Below are positions 19,476 to 29,291 of a stretch of DNA of 64,000 nt, one piece after another; the first letter of the stretch is position 1, and every line of letters begins with the position of its first letter. The stretch lies in the NCBI GenBank assembly GCA_044226015.1, contig JBGAHS010000006.1:1-64000 (forward strand). Reading direction: 5' to 3'. The notes below the pieces were generated by a model that saw only the letters and a program-made list of their open reading frames with translations, made no database searches and was not told the DNA's origin. This stretch comes from Candidatus Obscuribacteraceae bacterium (lineage in GTDB: Bacteria > Cyanobacteriota > Vampirovibrionia > Obscuribacterales > Obscuribacteraceae). Made by a program: the position numbers and the translations under genes.

Positions 19476-19949
19476 TTAAGCCGCTTCTTGCGTACTTGCC
19501 TTCGTGAGAAGGAAGTCGATCAGCAGAGGCGGCAGGGGCAGACCTTCCACCGACTCGATCATGCTCAGACCGATCAGCTGCTCGTCGACAGGCATATAGC
19601 CTGCCTCGATGTAAGCCGCTTTCGCCGATTTGTAAGCTTCGAAGAGCTCCTTGCACTTCGCCTTCAGTTCAGAAGTCGAGTTTGGGTCCTTGCCTTCGTC
19701 ACGCATCTGGAAAAGCCATTCGAAAAATTTGCACGCCGTATCGCGATAGGCGATGACGACGTCGGCGTCCGGATGCTGGCGCATCAACGTATCGAACGCC
19801 AGGCTGTACTTTCGAGCCGCTTCCTTGATTTCGCGAATATCCCTTCTCGTCGGCACATTGCGAATAGCCATCGCAGCGTTGCGATAGCGAGAACGCGCGC
19901 CGTCGAGCAGAGCTTGAGCCGAGGCGAGTTGGGTGTCGGTATTGCTCAT
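19476..19949 (-). CDS. Hypothetical helical soluble protein (157 aa)
   Basis: GAGGA SD; codon style consistent with the array. Confidence 0.72.
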   Translation of the reverse strand: MSNTDTQLASAQALLDGARSRYRNAAMAIRNVPTRRDIREIKEAARKYSLAFDTLMRQHPDADVVIAYRDTACKFFEWLFQMRDEGKDPNSTSELKAKCKELFEAYKSAKAAYIEAGYMPVDEQLIGLSMIESVEGLPLPPLLIDFLLTKASTQEAA

Positions 19950-20006
19950 ATCTTTGTCCTCATTGTTGACTGGAAACTTACTCGGAAGGCATCACAGGTA
20001 GTGCGC

Positions 20007-20402
20007 TTAATTCGTGATGCGGGAGATCGTGTAGCGCAGAGCGCGCAGGTCTCGCACTTCTTCCCATTTCAGGTTGAGTCCGAGCAAGCGCATGTTACGG
20101 GCAGCTGCACGGCGCAGAACCTCATCGCTCGAGTCCAGCGGAAGCTGAACCAGCGGTTTGGCGTTGTAGCCGTAGAGGCTGACCAGCGCCCAGTAGAAGT
20201 TGTACAGAGCCTCAGCAAGCTCACGCGCTTCGCGGTCAAGCTTGCTTTCATAACTCGGGTCTCGCGTCAGGACGCGGAACTTCCTCTGGAATGTGCGCTG
20301 CCTTCCGAGTCGCCCCTCGTAGACCTCGCGGCGAGGGGACTCGTTGCTGAGCACGACAAGACCGAGACGGGCTTTTTCTTCCTGGATGTGAGAGAGGTTC
20401 AT
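20007..20402 (-). CDS. Hypothetical basic protein (131 aa)
   Basis: GAGGAG SD. Confidence 0.7.
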   Translation of the reverse strand: MNLSHIQEEKARLGLVVLSNESPRREVYEGRLGRQRTFQRKFRVLTRDPSYESKLDREARELAEALYNFYWALVSLYGYNAKPLVQLPLDSSDEVLRRAAARNMRLLGLNLKWEEVRDLRALRYTISRITN

Positions 20403-20487
20403 TGTTGATACTCCTCATTGTTGACTGGGGAATTCTATTTTGAAATGGAGGAGCAACCGTGGCTGCTCCTCCATTTCGGTGTTGAGA

Positions 20488-20727
20488 TCAGCCCTTGCGG
20501 GAGACCTTGAACAGAAGCCAGCCGACGTAGATGACGAAGGCCGCGAAGATGGCGAACGGCGCGAAGTTGCCCGTAGCCATGCCACCGGTGCCGGTGGCGA
20601 AGAGAACGATCACGACCGTGCCGATCAAGCAGGCCATGGTCAACGCACGGTTCTTCGGACCCCAGGTGCCGACGATGCTGAGGATGATGAGGGCGAAGAA
20701 AAGACCGGTCGAAACGTTGCCGTTCAT
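20488..20727 (-). CDS. Small 3-TM protein (79 aa)
   Basis: AAAGGA SD; hydrophobic. Confidence 0.72.
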   Translation of the reverse strand: MNGNVSTGLFFALIILSIVGTWGPKNRALTMACLIGTVVIVLFATGTGGMATGNFAPFAIFAAFVIYVGWLLFKVSRKG

Positions 20728-20760
20728 TCTATTTTCCTTTCCGTTTGTTGTTGCGAAACC

Positions 20761-21096
20761 TCAGTTCTTCTGAGGAGGTTTCTGTCCGAGCATGAGCACA
20801 GCCAGAAGGATGACCACAGCGAAACCCGCCATGAAGCTGGCAAAGGAAATCGCGGTGGTGAAGGCGAGAGTTCGCGAAATGTCCACGCCGAGTCCAAGCG
20901 ATTGGTAGTGCCAATTCGCCAGTGGGACACAGAGCAGCGGAATCACGCCGGCGATGAACGCGCCAAGGCGCCCGAACATCGTTGCATTGTCGAAGTTGAG
21001 ACGACCATCGGGCTTGAGATTCAACGAGCTGACAGCCACCATGAAGATGGCGCCGAAGGCGATCGTTGCAATATATGCAATGCCGAGATTGAGCAT
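20761..21096 (-). CDS. Membrane protein (111 aa)
   Basis: GAGGG SD; three TMs. Confidence 0.7.
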   Translation of the reverse strand: MLNLGIAYIATIAFGAIFMVAVSSLNLKPDGRLNFDNATMFGRLGAFIAGVIPLLCVPLANWHYQSLGLGVDISRTLAFTTAISFASFMAGFAVVILLAVLMLGQKPPQKN

Positions 21097-21166
21097 TCAG
21101 GTGACCCTCTTATGTGTTTCTGCAAGTTTCCGAATGGTGGCGCAGACGCCACCATTCTTCTTTGTC

Positions 21167-21664
21167 TCAGCTCATGGAAAAGCTGAACAGTCGCTGAGTC
21201 ATGACGGCGCAGCCCATGCCCAGCAATGCCGTGATGAAGCGCACCATCGCGAGAACTTTCTTGTTGTCCTCGTAAGATTTCGGACGATAGCGAATGTCAG
21301 ATGCCATAGATTTGAATGGTCCGGTTAATACCCAGTAGATGCAGACAGCGAGAAGCGTGTCCACAAGCCAATATTTGGCTATGAATGTGGCAAGCTCAGC
21401 CGAGAGTCCACGTCCTTCGTTCACAAAGGACGCTAGAATGAGCAGCCCGACGGCGCAGACGGCGAGGGCAGCAAAAACGCCGAGCAAGCCATTGATGAAA
21501 GAGGCGACGATGGTGGCTCCTTCGTAAAGTCTTGTCTTGTTCTCTTCGCTCAGCTCGATACCGCAAACGGCACCATAAAGTTGCTTGCCGCTCCAGAGCA
21601 GCACGATGCTGCATGCGCCGAATGCGAATGCAATCAGCAGTGTGAATTCAGAAATTCCAAACAT
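21167..21664 (-). CDS. Membrane protein (about 165 aa)
   Basis: Start MFGISEF after AAAGGA; four TMs. Confidence 0.68.
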   Translation of the reverse strand: MFGISEFTLLIAFAFGACSIVLLWSGKQLYGAVCGIELSEENKTRLYEGATIVASFINGLLGVFAALAVCAVGLLILASFVNEGRGLSAELATFIAKYWLVDTLLAVCIYWVLTGPFKSMASDIRYRPKSYEDNKKVLAMVRFITALLGMGCAVMTQRLFSFSMS

Positions 21665-21783
21665 GTTGACTGTCCTTTCGTTAGAGGTGTTTTTCAAGAA
21701 GCCAGCAAGATGCTGTCATAGCTTAGCCCGAAGCCAAAGCTAGGAGCTAAGCTATGCTGAATTGGTCTATTCGCTCGCCTGAT

Positions 21784-22233
21784 TCAGTTGTTTCCTTTCT
21801 GAAGCAGGGCAAGTCCCAGACCACCGAACTCGGCCCAGATGTAGCCGTCACCGAAGAAGTAGACGCTGCCAGCGTGATCGTTTCTCACGATGAGCGTTTG
21901 GGCGCTGGCAAAATCGATTTCGAGCAGGTGACCCTGAGCCATCACGACCTCATATTCGTCGCCCCAGGCGCGAAGCCCGGTTCGGTCGAGGATGAGGAAT
22001 TTCGCTTCGGGAAGCTCATTTCCGTCCTTGAGGGTCTGGAGATGAACGAAGGCCGCAGCGTCGGGAGTCGCCGGCGCTTCGTCGGGTTTCTTGGGCTGGA
22101 AGCTCATAATCCCAGACAGCAGCGACGACACGTCGGCGATGCTGGGCCTGGCGAGGTCCGCTTTGCCTTTCAGCGCACGCTGAATCGCACCGCGCCCCGC
22201 CGTGAGAAGAGTGCTCAGTTTGAAGGTACCCAT
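21784..22233 (-). CDS. Hypothetical protein (149 aa)
   Basis: AAAGGA SD; co-oriented. Confidence 0.7.
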   Translation of the reverse strand: MGTFKLSTLLTAGRGAIQRALKGKADLARPSIADVSSLLSGIMSFQPKKPDEAPATPDAAAFVHLQTLKDGNELPEAKFLILDRTGLRAWGDEYEVVMAQGHLLEIDFASAQTLIVRNDHAGSVYFFGDGYIWAEFGGLGLALLQKGNN

Positions 22234-22307
22234 TTCTCTTTCCTTTCGTATTCTCTAGATTGTTTTGCTGGAATCAAGATTCCAGCTGGTCGACAACCAG
22301 GACCGGG

Positions 22308-22490
22308 CTAAATCATCTCATCCGAGATGCTGTGCTCTTCGCTTATCGAAAGGCACTCATGAGACTCTAACTCGCTTTTCTGGCGAGGAAGTCCATTCTT
22401 CGAAGCAGCTTTTGTCAGCGCCTCGTCCAGGTCCATGGCTTCAACGGTTTCGCAAGCTCCGTCGAGCCAGCAAAGGTTGAACCTTTTCAT
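22308..22490 (-). CDS. Small hypothetical protein (60 aa)
   Basis: MKRFNLCWLDG...; GAGGA SD. Confidence 0.55.
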   Translation of the reverse strand: MKRFNLCWLDGACETVEAMDLDEALTKAASKNGLPRQKSELESHECLSISEEHSISDEMI

Positions 22491-22532
22491 TTCTGTTTCC
22501 TCGTATTCTCTTCGCATGGGATGCCTTGTAGG

Positions 22533-22715
22533 CTAGTATCCCAGTCGGTTGATGAGCCAGGCGACGCCGAAGGCGAGCGCCAGAAAGCCGCCGACGATCG
22601 AGAATGATTCGACCGGCTTCTGAATCAGCGGAATGATGAAGCTGAGGGTCATGATCGTCGCGCCGGTCATGACGAGCAGACCGGAGAGCTTGATCAAGAA
22701 GGGCACATCGTTCAT
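22533..22715 (-). CDS. Small 2-TM protein (60 aa)
   Basis: MNDVPFLIKL...; GAGGAG SD. Confidence 0.65.
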   Translation of the reverse strand: MNDVPFLIKLSGLLVMTGATIMTLSFIIPLIQKPVESFSIVGGFLALAFGVAWLINRLGY

Positions 22716-22867
22716 TTGTATTCTCCTCTTTCTGAGTTTCAATGCAGAGCGGTGAGCTCTGATGAATGGAAACGAATATTTCCATTCGTCAAAGTTCGGT
22801 GTGTTCTGGGGAGCCAAGTGACCCCCCAGAACCTTATTTCAAAGCGCAGCCTGAGCTGCGCTTCCTG

Positions 22868-25141
22868 TTAGTGAGTCGACGCGACCGTCACAACGCGACC
22901 GGGAATTTCCGGCATTTTGCGTTCGACGATTTTGCCGGGCTCGAGACCAGCGTGGTTCTCGTCCCAGGCGTAAGCCCAGGCGATCTGCTTGGTATAGTCC
23001 ACGCCCGGATGGAACTCGTTGTGGTATTCGTCCCACCACGTGACCATCTGCTCGATGCGCACACGCTCGGCTTTCACCAGCTTGGGCATAACCCAGCGGA
23101 TCCAGCCTTCCTCTTCCTTGAGGTAAGCGTCGGCTTCCGCCTCGGCCTCATCCATGAAGAGAGCGATGAACGCGTCGACCTGCGACGCCGAGTCAGGCGA
23201 CATGCCATACTGCGCGGCATGCGAAGCCTCACCGCCGAGGAAGCGGCTCTGGCCCGAGAAGTCGACCGACAGAGCCGGCAACTTCCAACCGTTGTTGTTG
23301 CAGTCGGACATGTTGACCTCGAGCAGCATCGCTTTGATGATGCGCGTGGCCTGCTTCAGGTCGTTCGAGCAGCCGCCGGTCTTGTCCTTGATGAACATGC
23401 GCTCGGCGCGGTTGCCCGCAAGAGCGATCGCCAGGTAGCCCTTGTAGTGCTTGGCGGTCTTCTTGAGGGAGTGACCGGGACGGGGCTTCACGAAGCCGCC
23501 GACGCCGTTCGGACCGAGGATGCTGATCGACGAGATGGCTTCGCCGTACTGCCAGTCCATCTTCTCGCCCTTCGTCTGCAAAAACTTGCGATACATCAGG
23601 GTGAAGTGGCCGAGTTCATGGAACGCCAGCAATTCCTTGATTTCGTCAGGAACGCGGCGGCCCTTGGTCTCGTTGATGGCGCCGAGGGTCATTTCTTCCA
23701 GAGCCTTCCAGAGATCTTCGTGAGTGATCTGGAAGTCCTCCGGCTGGAAGTAGGTATCCAGCGAGAACCCTTCGGGCGTAATCTGCACATCGTGAGGAAC
23801 ACGCTGCAGCAGACGACGCATGGCGAACTCCGGACCGCGCTTGCGAACCAGAGTGTCGATGTCGGCGCCGACCAGGCCCGGCATCTCGTCAGCGAGAGCT
23901 TCGACGTTCACGTCCTTGGCGGCCGGAACTTTCTTCAACTTGACGTTGAGGATGTCGATGCGGCCCTGACGATCAGGCTCGCCGATTTCGATCTTCACGT
24001 CGCCGAGACGACCAGCGCGAATCAGCGCAGGGTCCAGCTTGTCAGGCTGGTTGGTCGCGACAATGAGAAGAATGCGGCTGTTGTCGTTCTGCGTGCCGTT
24101 GATTTCGACGAGCAGCTGAGCGACAGTCTGGTCGCGTTCATCGTTGCCACCGCCGGCGCCACCAGACGCGCGAGATTTACCGACCGCGTCGAACTCGTCG
24201 ACGAAGAGGATAACCCACGAGCCAGTGGAGTCGCGCAGCGCGCGAGCCTGAGTGAATGCGTCTCGAACACGGCTTGCGCCGACGCCGACATACATTTCAA
24301 CGAAGTCCGAACCAGAGCAGGTCAGAATCGGCAGGGGCTTGCCGCCCGAACCGAGTTCGCCAGCCATCGCCTGAACCAGGAACGATTTGCCGGTGCCGGG
24401 CTTGCCGACCAGCATCACGCCAGCGGGCATGCGACCGTTGAGCTTGGCGAGCATCTGCGGATTGCGGATGTTGAAGACGAGCTTGACGATCTTGTCCATT
24501 TCGTCGTCGATGCCGGCGACGTCCTCGAACCTGACCTTCTCGCCAGCTTCATCCAGTCGGGAAAGAGTCATCTTGCCCTTCTGGTTCTGCTGACCCATGC
24601 CTTTCTGGAACATGCGGTAGAAGAAGACAGCCATGCCGATCGTGATGGCGAAGCCGACGACCTTCGGCCAGATCGGTTCGCTGTTGCTCGACGACGGTCC
24701 GCCGCGCGCCTCGATGACGCCGTCCTTGCCCTTGAGCGGTTCGTTGATCACGGGGATCTGCGACTTGTGCTCAGTGGCCAGGGTGAGGTTCGTCTCGTTG
24801 ATAGCGGTGGTCAACGCCTGATCGTCAGCCGCAGTCGTGATAGACCAGACCGACTGGACGTGGTCGTCCTTGACCTTGGCTTCGATGGCGACGCGTTCCG
24901 CGAACGAAGCGCCCGCCGCAATCTGACGATGAACCTTGATGATCTGGTCCGGATGATGGCGAACCATGTTCGTCATATCCGTGATGGCGCCAGGATGTTC
25001 GATGCCGCCGAAGAGCTTCAGCTGGTCGTCCTCCGGAGTCCAACCGGCTTTCGCCAGACCCCAGATCATGTAAGCAGCAAACAGACCGATAGCCGCAAGC
25101 GCAGCCATCAATCCGCCATGTTTCTTGAAGAAGTTTTTCAC
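22868..25141 (-). CDS. ftsH: ATP-dependent zinc metalloprotease, FtsH family (divergent)
   Basis: Two N-terminal TMs; RFEDVAG; Walker A GKPGTGKS; FVEMYVGVG; Walker B LFVDEFD; SRH ATN..DKLDPALIRAGR; HELGH; GCSNDL; GTG start with AAGGAG. Confidence 0.93.
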   Translation of the reverse strand: MKNFFKKHGGLMAALAAIGLFAAYMIWGLAKAGWTPEDDQLKLFGGIEHPGAITDMTNMVRHHPDQIIKVHRQIAAGASFAERVAIEAKVKDDHVQSVWSITTAADDQALTTAINETNLTLATEHKSQIPVINEPLKGKDGVIEARGGPSSSNSEPIWPKVVGFAITIGMAVFFYRMFQKGMGQQNQKGKMTLSRLDEAGEKVRFEDVAGIDDEMDKIVKLVFNIRNPQMLAKLNGRMPAGVMLVGKPGTGKSFLVQAMAGELGSGGKPLPILTCSGSDFVEMYVGVGASRVRDAFTQARALRDSTGSWVILFVDEFDAVGKSRASGGAGGGNDERDQTVAQLLVEINGTQNDNSRILLIVATNQPDKLDPALIRAGRLGDVKIEIGEPDRQGRIDILNVKLKKVPAAKDVNVEALADEMPGLVGADIDTLVRKRGPEFAMRRLLQRVPHDVQITPEGFSLDTYFQPEDFQITHEDLWKALEEMTLGAINETKGRRVPDEIKELLAFHELGHFTLMYRKFLQTKGEKMDWQYGEAISSISILGPNGVGGFVKPRPGHSLKKTAKHYKGYLAIALAGNRAERMFIKDKTGGCSNDLKQATRIIKAMLLEVNMSDCNNNGWKLPALSVDFSGQSRFLGGEASHAAQYGMSPDSASQVDAFIALFMDEAEAEADAYLKEEEGWIRWVMPKLVKAERVRIEQMVTWWDEYHNEFHPGVDYTKQIAWAYAWDENHAGLEPGKIVERKMPEIPGRVVTVASTH

Positions 25142-25312
25142 TTTGTTTACTCCTTTGCCTTAGCGCCCTTGCGCTTGGACAAGAAATGCAGCTTGTTCAA
25201 CTGCACTTCGAAAACGGAGTCAGAGACTCCTGTGGAAACGCTGCGCTAGGGAATCCAGCGAAGCGAATTAGAATCTGCGTGTCTGCTCACAGACATCGCA
25301 ACCGACATCGAG

Positions 25313-25543
25313 TCAGGCGTCGTCGACGACACAACAAGCGGCAGCGAGTCGCGCACCGCCCGTGAGACCATCGAGAACGTTTTTCTCGTCCACACCTTTA
25401 TGCCGGACTTTGGAACGTTTCCGCGAATCGTCATCTTTCTGACGGCGATAACGGTCGTTTCGCGATCCTTTCTCGCGAGACGTGATGCGGTCGCGGTCAT
25501 AGACAGGAGCAATGCCCATATCATCCAAAGCTTGACGTTTCAT
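25313..25543 (-). CDS. Small Arg/Lys/Asp-rich protein (76 aa)
   Basis: MKRQALDDMG...; AAGGA SD. Confidence 0.5.
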   Translation of the reverse strand: MKRQALDDMGIAPVYDRDRITSREKGSRNDRYRRQKDDDSRKRSKVRHKGVDEKNVLDGLTGGARLAAACCVVDDA

Positions 25544-25571
25544 TTTCACTTTCCTTCTTGCTCTGACGTTG

Positions 25572-25877
25572 TCAGATTTTGAGCCGAAGTTTCTCGACAC
25601 ATTCATGCGTGTCACCCGAGTGAGCATCAATAAGCATGCCCACCACAGATGGTGTCAACCCGCAATAGGCGAATCGTCCGCAGGGAGTCAGGAAGCGCAT
25701 GTTTGGACCATGCTTGCACATGCCCACACATCCAGCTGCCACCACCTCGAACTTCTCGTCTACACCACGAGCTTTCGCTTCTGCAATGAATGCATCGACT
25801 ACTGCTTGCGGATCTTTTCCTATGCAATGGGGACCATTGACACAGGCGAGAATCCTGGTTTGTGTCTTTGCTGTCAT
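25572..25877 (-). CDS. Thioredoxin-like [2Fe-2S] ferredoxin
   Basis: ILAC.NGPHC ... GCVGMCKHGPN ... YCGLTP pattern. Confidence 0.85.
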   Translation of the reverse strand: MTAKTQTRILACVNGPHCIGKDPQAVVDAFIAEAKARGVDEKFEVVAAGCVGMCKHGPNMRFLTPCGRFAYCGLTPSVVGMLIDAHSGDTHECVEKLRLKI

Positions 25878-26108
25878 TCGCTTCCCTTTCCATGTCGATG
25901 ACTGGCAGGGTCGCAGCACTAAACGCTGCTGAATAAGAACCTGCGTATTTCCGTGCGAGAAAACGTTGTTTCCGCGTACGGAAATTTGTTTTGACCTCGC
26001 AATGTTTACGCTAATTCTTATTCAGCAGAGTTTGAGGTGTTGACGTGAGCATTGCTGCCCACGTCAACTTTCTTATCTGAGCGTCTCGCCAGAGGGCTCA
26101 GTTGTCGA

Positions 26109-28124
26109 TCACTTCTTCTCGTGGTAGGGACCGAAGAAGGGGTCGATCGTGCAGACATCCGGAATATTCTGGATGGACGCCAGTTTGCCCGCCATGATCG
26201 GCGCGAACGCCTTCTCGATGGCGAGACGATAGCCCTTCGAGGTCGGCTTGCCGCCGGCGAGGCGCACCTTCAGCTCTTCGCAGAGCAGATTGAGCACCTC
26301 GACGGTCGCCGTGTCGCCCTCCTCGGCCGCGTCCGCCGCCGCCTGAATCGCGACGAGCATGGTCACCATGGATTCCAGAGGCTTGTAGACCTCGAATTCC
26401 GTGATGTTCTGTTCGTCGGCCAGGCGCTCGCCGTACTTCAGCAGAGCCAGGTCGATGAAGTTCCAGCGCCAGGGGAACCAGAACTTGGCGACGAACTGTA
26501 GGTGCCGCTCGAAGCGCTCATCCGGCAGATGCTCGATCGAGCCTTCGATCTCGCCGCCCTTGCGAGTGGCGAAAGCATTCCAGAGGAACGGCAGATAAAG
26601 GCTCGCGCCGTCGACGATCTGCTTGCGGTTGGACCAGAGTCCACCCTTGTTCTTCCAGACCAGGCCGGCGATGCGGACGAATTCCTTCGCGATGTTCTTC
26701 TTGAAGTCCGGCATGAGATCGAGCATCTTCACGCCGCCCTTCTTGAGTCCATCGGCCAGGTCATCGAGACCATGCTGGCGCATCGCCTTGACGAGCGCAT
26801 TCACGGCCGCCTGAGCGAGCATCGGGTTCGGACCTTCGTAGACCGTCGAGACCAGCGCGTCGAGAACGCGCGTGCCGAGCTTGCGATCCTTGACGAAGAA
26901 GCGCCCGCCGTGAATCTCGATGCCATGCTTGGTCATCACTTCACGAAGGGCGTCCGTCGACCAGGTTTTCGCGATCATCGCCAGCAGGTCGCCCGCGCGC
27001 CCCTCGTCGATGCTGTCCGCCGTGAAGAGCGAGAGCTTCTCCGCGCCGGTCATGAGCGCAGCCGTCAGGGCGACGCGATACTGAATGCCCTGACGGTCAG
27101 AGAGCGGTTTTCCGAAGGTTTCGCGCTTGGCGATCCACTCCGGCGAAGCCGCCAGCACGAGGGTCATGAGAACCGCCGCGCTGATGCCGACAGCCCAGCG
27201 GCCGTCGTCGAGGTCCTTGAAGATGGCTTCCAGACCGTTACCCGGCAGAAGCTTGGACTTCGGCACGCGCAGTCCGTTGAAGATGAGACCGTTGTTCTGC
27301 AGCGCGGGCTGCAGGACGAGCAGTTCATAGGGCTTCAGCTGGAACTCGGCAGTGTCCTGCTGAGGCAGCTCGACCTCGATGACGCGGAACTTGCCATCGA
27401 TCTTGAGGAAGACCGCGACGCGACCGCCGTAGCAGGCGCGCGAGATGAAGCACTTCTCGCCGTAGATCAGGACATCGTCGCCGTCGATGACGCCGTAGGT
27501 CTTGATCTTGGTGATGTTGCAGCCGGCACCGGGTTCGGTGCCAGCGAAGGCGCCCTGGAAGAAGAACTTCGCGAAGAACGTCAGCAGAGCCTGCTTCTGC
27601 TCTTCCGTGCCGAGATGCTTCACGGCGCCGACCGGACCGATGAGGGTCTTGACCGAGAGCGTGCCCGGAATGGTCGGGTCGCCCTCGCGGCCGATCTTCA
27701 GCATGATGCTCGCGAGCTCGTGCATGGTCGCGCCTTCGCCGCCGAATTCCTGGGGAATCGTCAGACGATAGAAGCCCGACTCGGTGAGCTTGGCTTCGAG
27801 TTCACCGTTGAAGGCGCCGTGCTCGTCGAAAAGCTTGCCGCCGCCGACGAATTCGTTGACGAAAGCGAGGGAGTCGACGAGAACCTTCTCGATGTGAGCG
27901 CGGCGCGAACGCGAACGAGCGCTCTTGCGGAAGAGTCCGACCGGAAGCTTGCGAGAAATGAACGCCTCCTGCACGACGCCGGGCATCTTGCGGTGCTCGT
28001 TGGCGCCGTCCTGCGCACCGGCGACGGCCAGAATCGCGTCGATCTCGTCCTGGGTCTTGCCAGCCTTGCGCAGAGCGTCGACCATGATGGCGCCGGAGAC
28101 GGGGTTTTCGTTGTGCTTGGTCAT
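26109..28124 (-). CDS. Acyl-CoA dehydrogenase (large, divergent)
   Basis: IPQEFGGEG, FAGTEPGAG, GEKCFIS, LDDGR, RETFGKPL, IHGG, VYEGPN. Confidence 0.9.
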   Translation of the reverse strand: MTKHNENPVSGAIMVDALRKAGKTQDEIDAILAVAGAQDGANEHRKMPGVVQEAFISRKLPVGLFRKSARSRSRRAHIEKVLVDSLAFVNEFVGGGKLFDEHGAFNGELEAKLTESGFYRLTIPQEFGGEGATMHELASIMLKIGREGDPTIPGTLSVKTLIGPVGAVKHLGTEEQKQALLTFFAKFFFQGAFAGTEPGAGCNITKIKTYGVIDGDDVLIYGEKCFISRACYGGRVAVFLKIDGKFRVIEVELPQQDTAEFQLKPYELLVLQPALQNNGLIFNGLRVPKSKLLPGNGLEAIFKDLDDGRWAVGISAAVLMTLVLAASPEWIAKRETFGKPLSDRQGIQYRVALTAALMTGAEKLSLFTADSIDEGRAGDLLAMIAKTWSTDALREVMTKHGIEIHGGRFFVKDRKLGTRVLDALVSTVYEGPNPMLAQAAVNALVKAMRQHGLDDLADGLKKGGVKMLDLMPDFKKNIAKEFVRIAGLVWKNKGGLWSNRKQIVDGASLYLPFLWNAFATRKGGEIEGSIEHLPDERFERHLQFVAKFWFPWRWNFIDLALLKYGERLADEQNITEFEVYKPLESMVTMLVAIQAAADAAEEGDTATVEVLNLLCEELKVRLAGGKPTSKGYRLAIEKAFAPIMAGKLASIQNIPDVCTIDPFFGPYHEKK

Positions 28125-28319
28125 GTGTAAAACCTTTTCTGTTGATAGCTGCACGATTGCAGCCCAGGTTTAGTCAACTGCAGCAAAGCGCTGCTGCATG
28201 CGCAATTCAATGCTGCGCATGCAGCAATTCTTTTCCTGAGTGTGAATGTGGTGACGCGCGTGCGCGGCACCATTTTCGGTATCAGACCACCTCAGGCAAG
28301 AAGGGCTGAGCGATCTCCT

Positions 28320-29231
28320 TTACCGAGTCGCTTCGGCGCCGGAAATCATGGCGGACCGAACGTCGCTGAGGAGCTTGTTGCCGTCGCCAGAGCCCGCCGG
28401 AACGAAGATGACCTTTGTGTTCGGCGCTTGCGCGATTTTCACCTGGGCATCCATGAGTCGGCTGAAGGCCAGCAGCACCATAGCGTCTCGAGCGGTGGCG
28501 CCCGGAACGCCTTCTTCGAAGCTCTTGACCGACTCCTGCAGGCCGCTGATGACGGCGCTGCGTTCGCCGGCGGCACCTTCACCGCGGGTGATGGCAGCGA
28601 CCTCTTCGGCTTCCGCATCGCGGACGGTCTGGATGTAGGCCGACTGCGCCAGATTTTCGGCAGTGACTCGAGCCTGCTCGGAAGCGTATTTTTCGTTGTT
28701 GGCCTGCACAACGGTCGGATCAGGCTCGACGCTGGTGATCAGAACGTCAGTGATCACGTAGCCGTAAGCCGCCATGGTGCTGGTCAGTTCCTGCTTGACG
28801 TGCTCGGCGATTTCTCCCTGGTTCTTCTGCACGTTCTCGAGGCTCATCTGCGGAACCTTATTGCGGATGGAACTCGAAACGTGCGACTTGATCTGACCCT
28901 CGGGTTTTTCGAGCTTGTAGAAAGCAAGCTCGACATGCTGGTCGGAGTCGCCGACGACATACTGAATGTTCGCGGTGACCGAGACCGACGTGCCCTTGTC
29001 CGTATAGGTCGTCTCCGAGATCATCAACTGGCGAATGCGCAGGCTGAGAGGCGCCGACACCGAGTCGAGAAGCGGCACCTTGAAATTGAGACCCGGACTG
29101 CCGATCTTGACGAATTTGCCGAAGCGAGTCACCACTCGTTTCGTTTGCTGGTCGACGATGAAGATCGAGCAAGCGATCAGAACGACGGAGGTGAAAGCGA
29201 GAACCCAGGCGAGCGTAATGAGAGTCATCAT
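28320..29231 (-). CDS. SPFH (band 7) domain membrane protein
   Basis: N-terminal TM; VVTRFGKF..PGLNFKVP; T.D..SVSV..NIQY; YGY.I.DVLIT..PD; Ala/Glu-rich coiled tail. Confidence 0.92.
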   Translation of the reverse strand: MMTLITLAWVLAFTSVVLIACSIFIVDQQTKRVVTRFGKFVKIGSPGLNFKVPLLDSVSAPLSLRIRQLMISETTYTDKGTSVSVTANIQYVVGDSDQHVELAFYKLEKPEGQIKSHVSSSIRNKVPQMSLENVQKNQGEIAEHVKQELTSTMAAYGYVITDVLITSVEPDPTVVQANNEKYASEQARVTAENLAQSAYIQTVRDAEAEEVAAITRGEGAAGERSAVISGLQESVKSFEEGVPGATARDAMVLLAFSRLMDAQVKIAQAPNTKVIFVPAGSGDGNKLLSDVRSAMISGAEATR

Positions 29232-29291
29232 TGTTTCCTTTCGAATTGCTGGCTCTATTGAGCCTCTGTTTGCGTACTCGAATTTGCTTGT

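Noticed and set aside
25878..26035. Cobalamin riboswitch
   Set aside because: Only a GACCCTGCC-like fragment; the conserved core elements are absent
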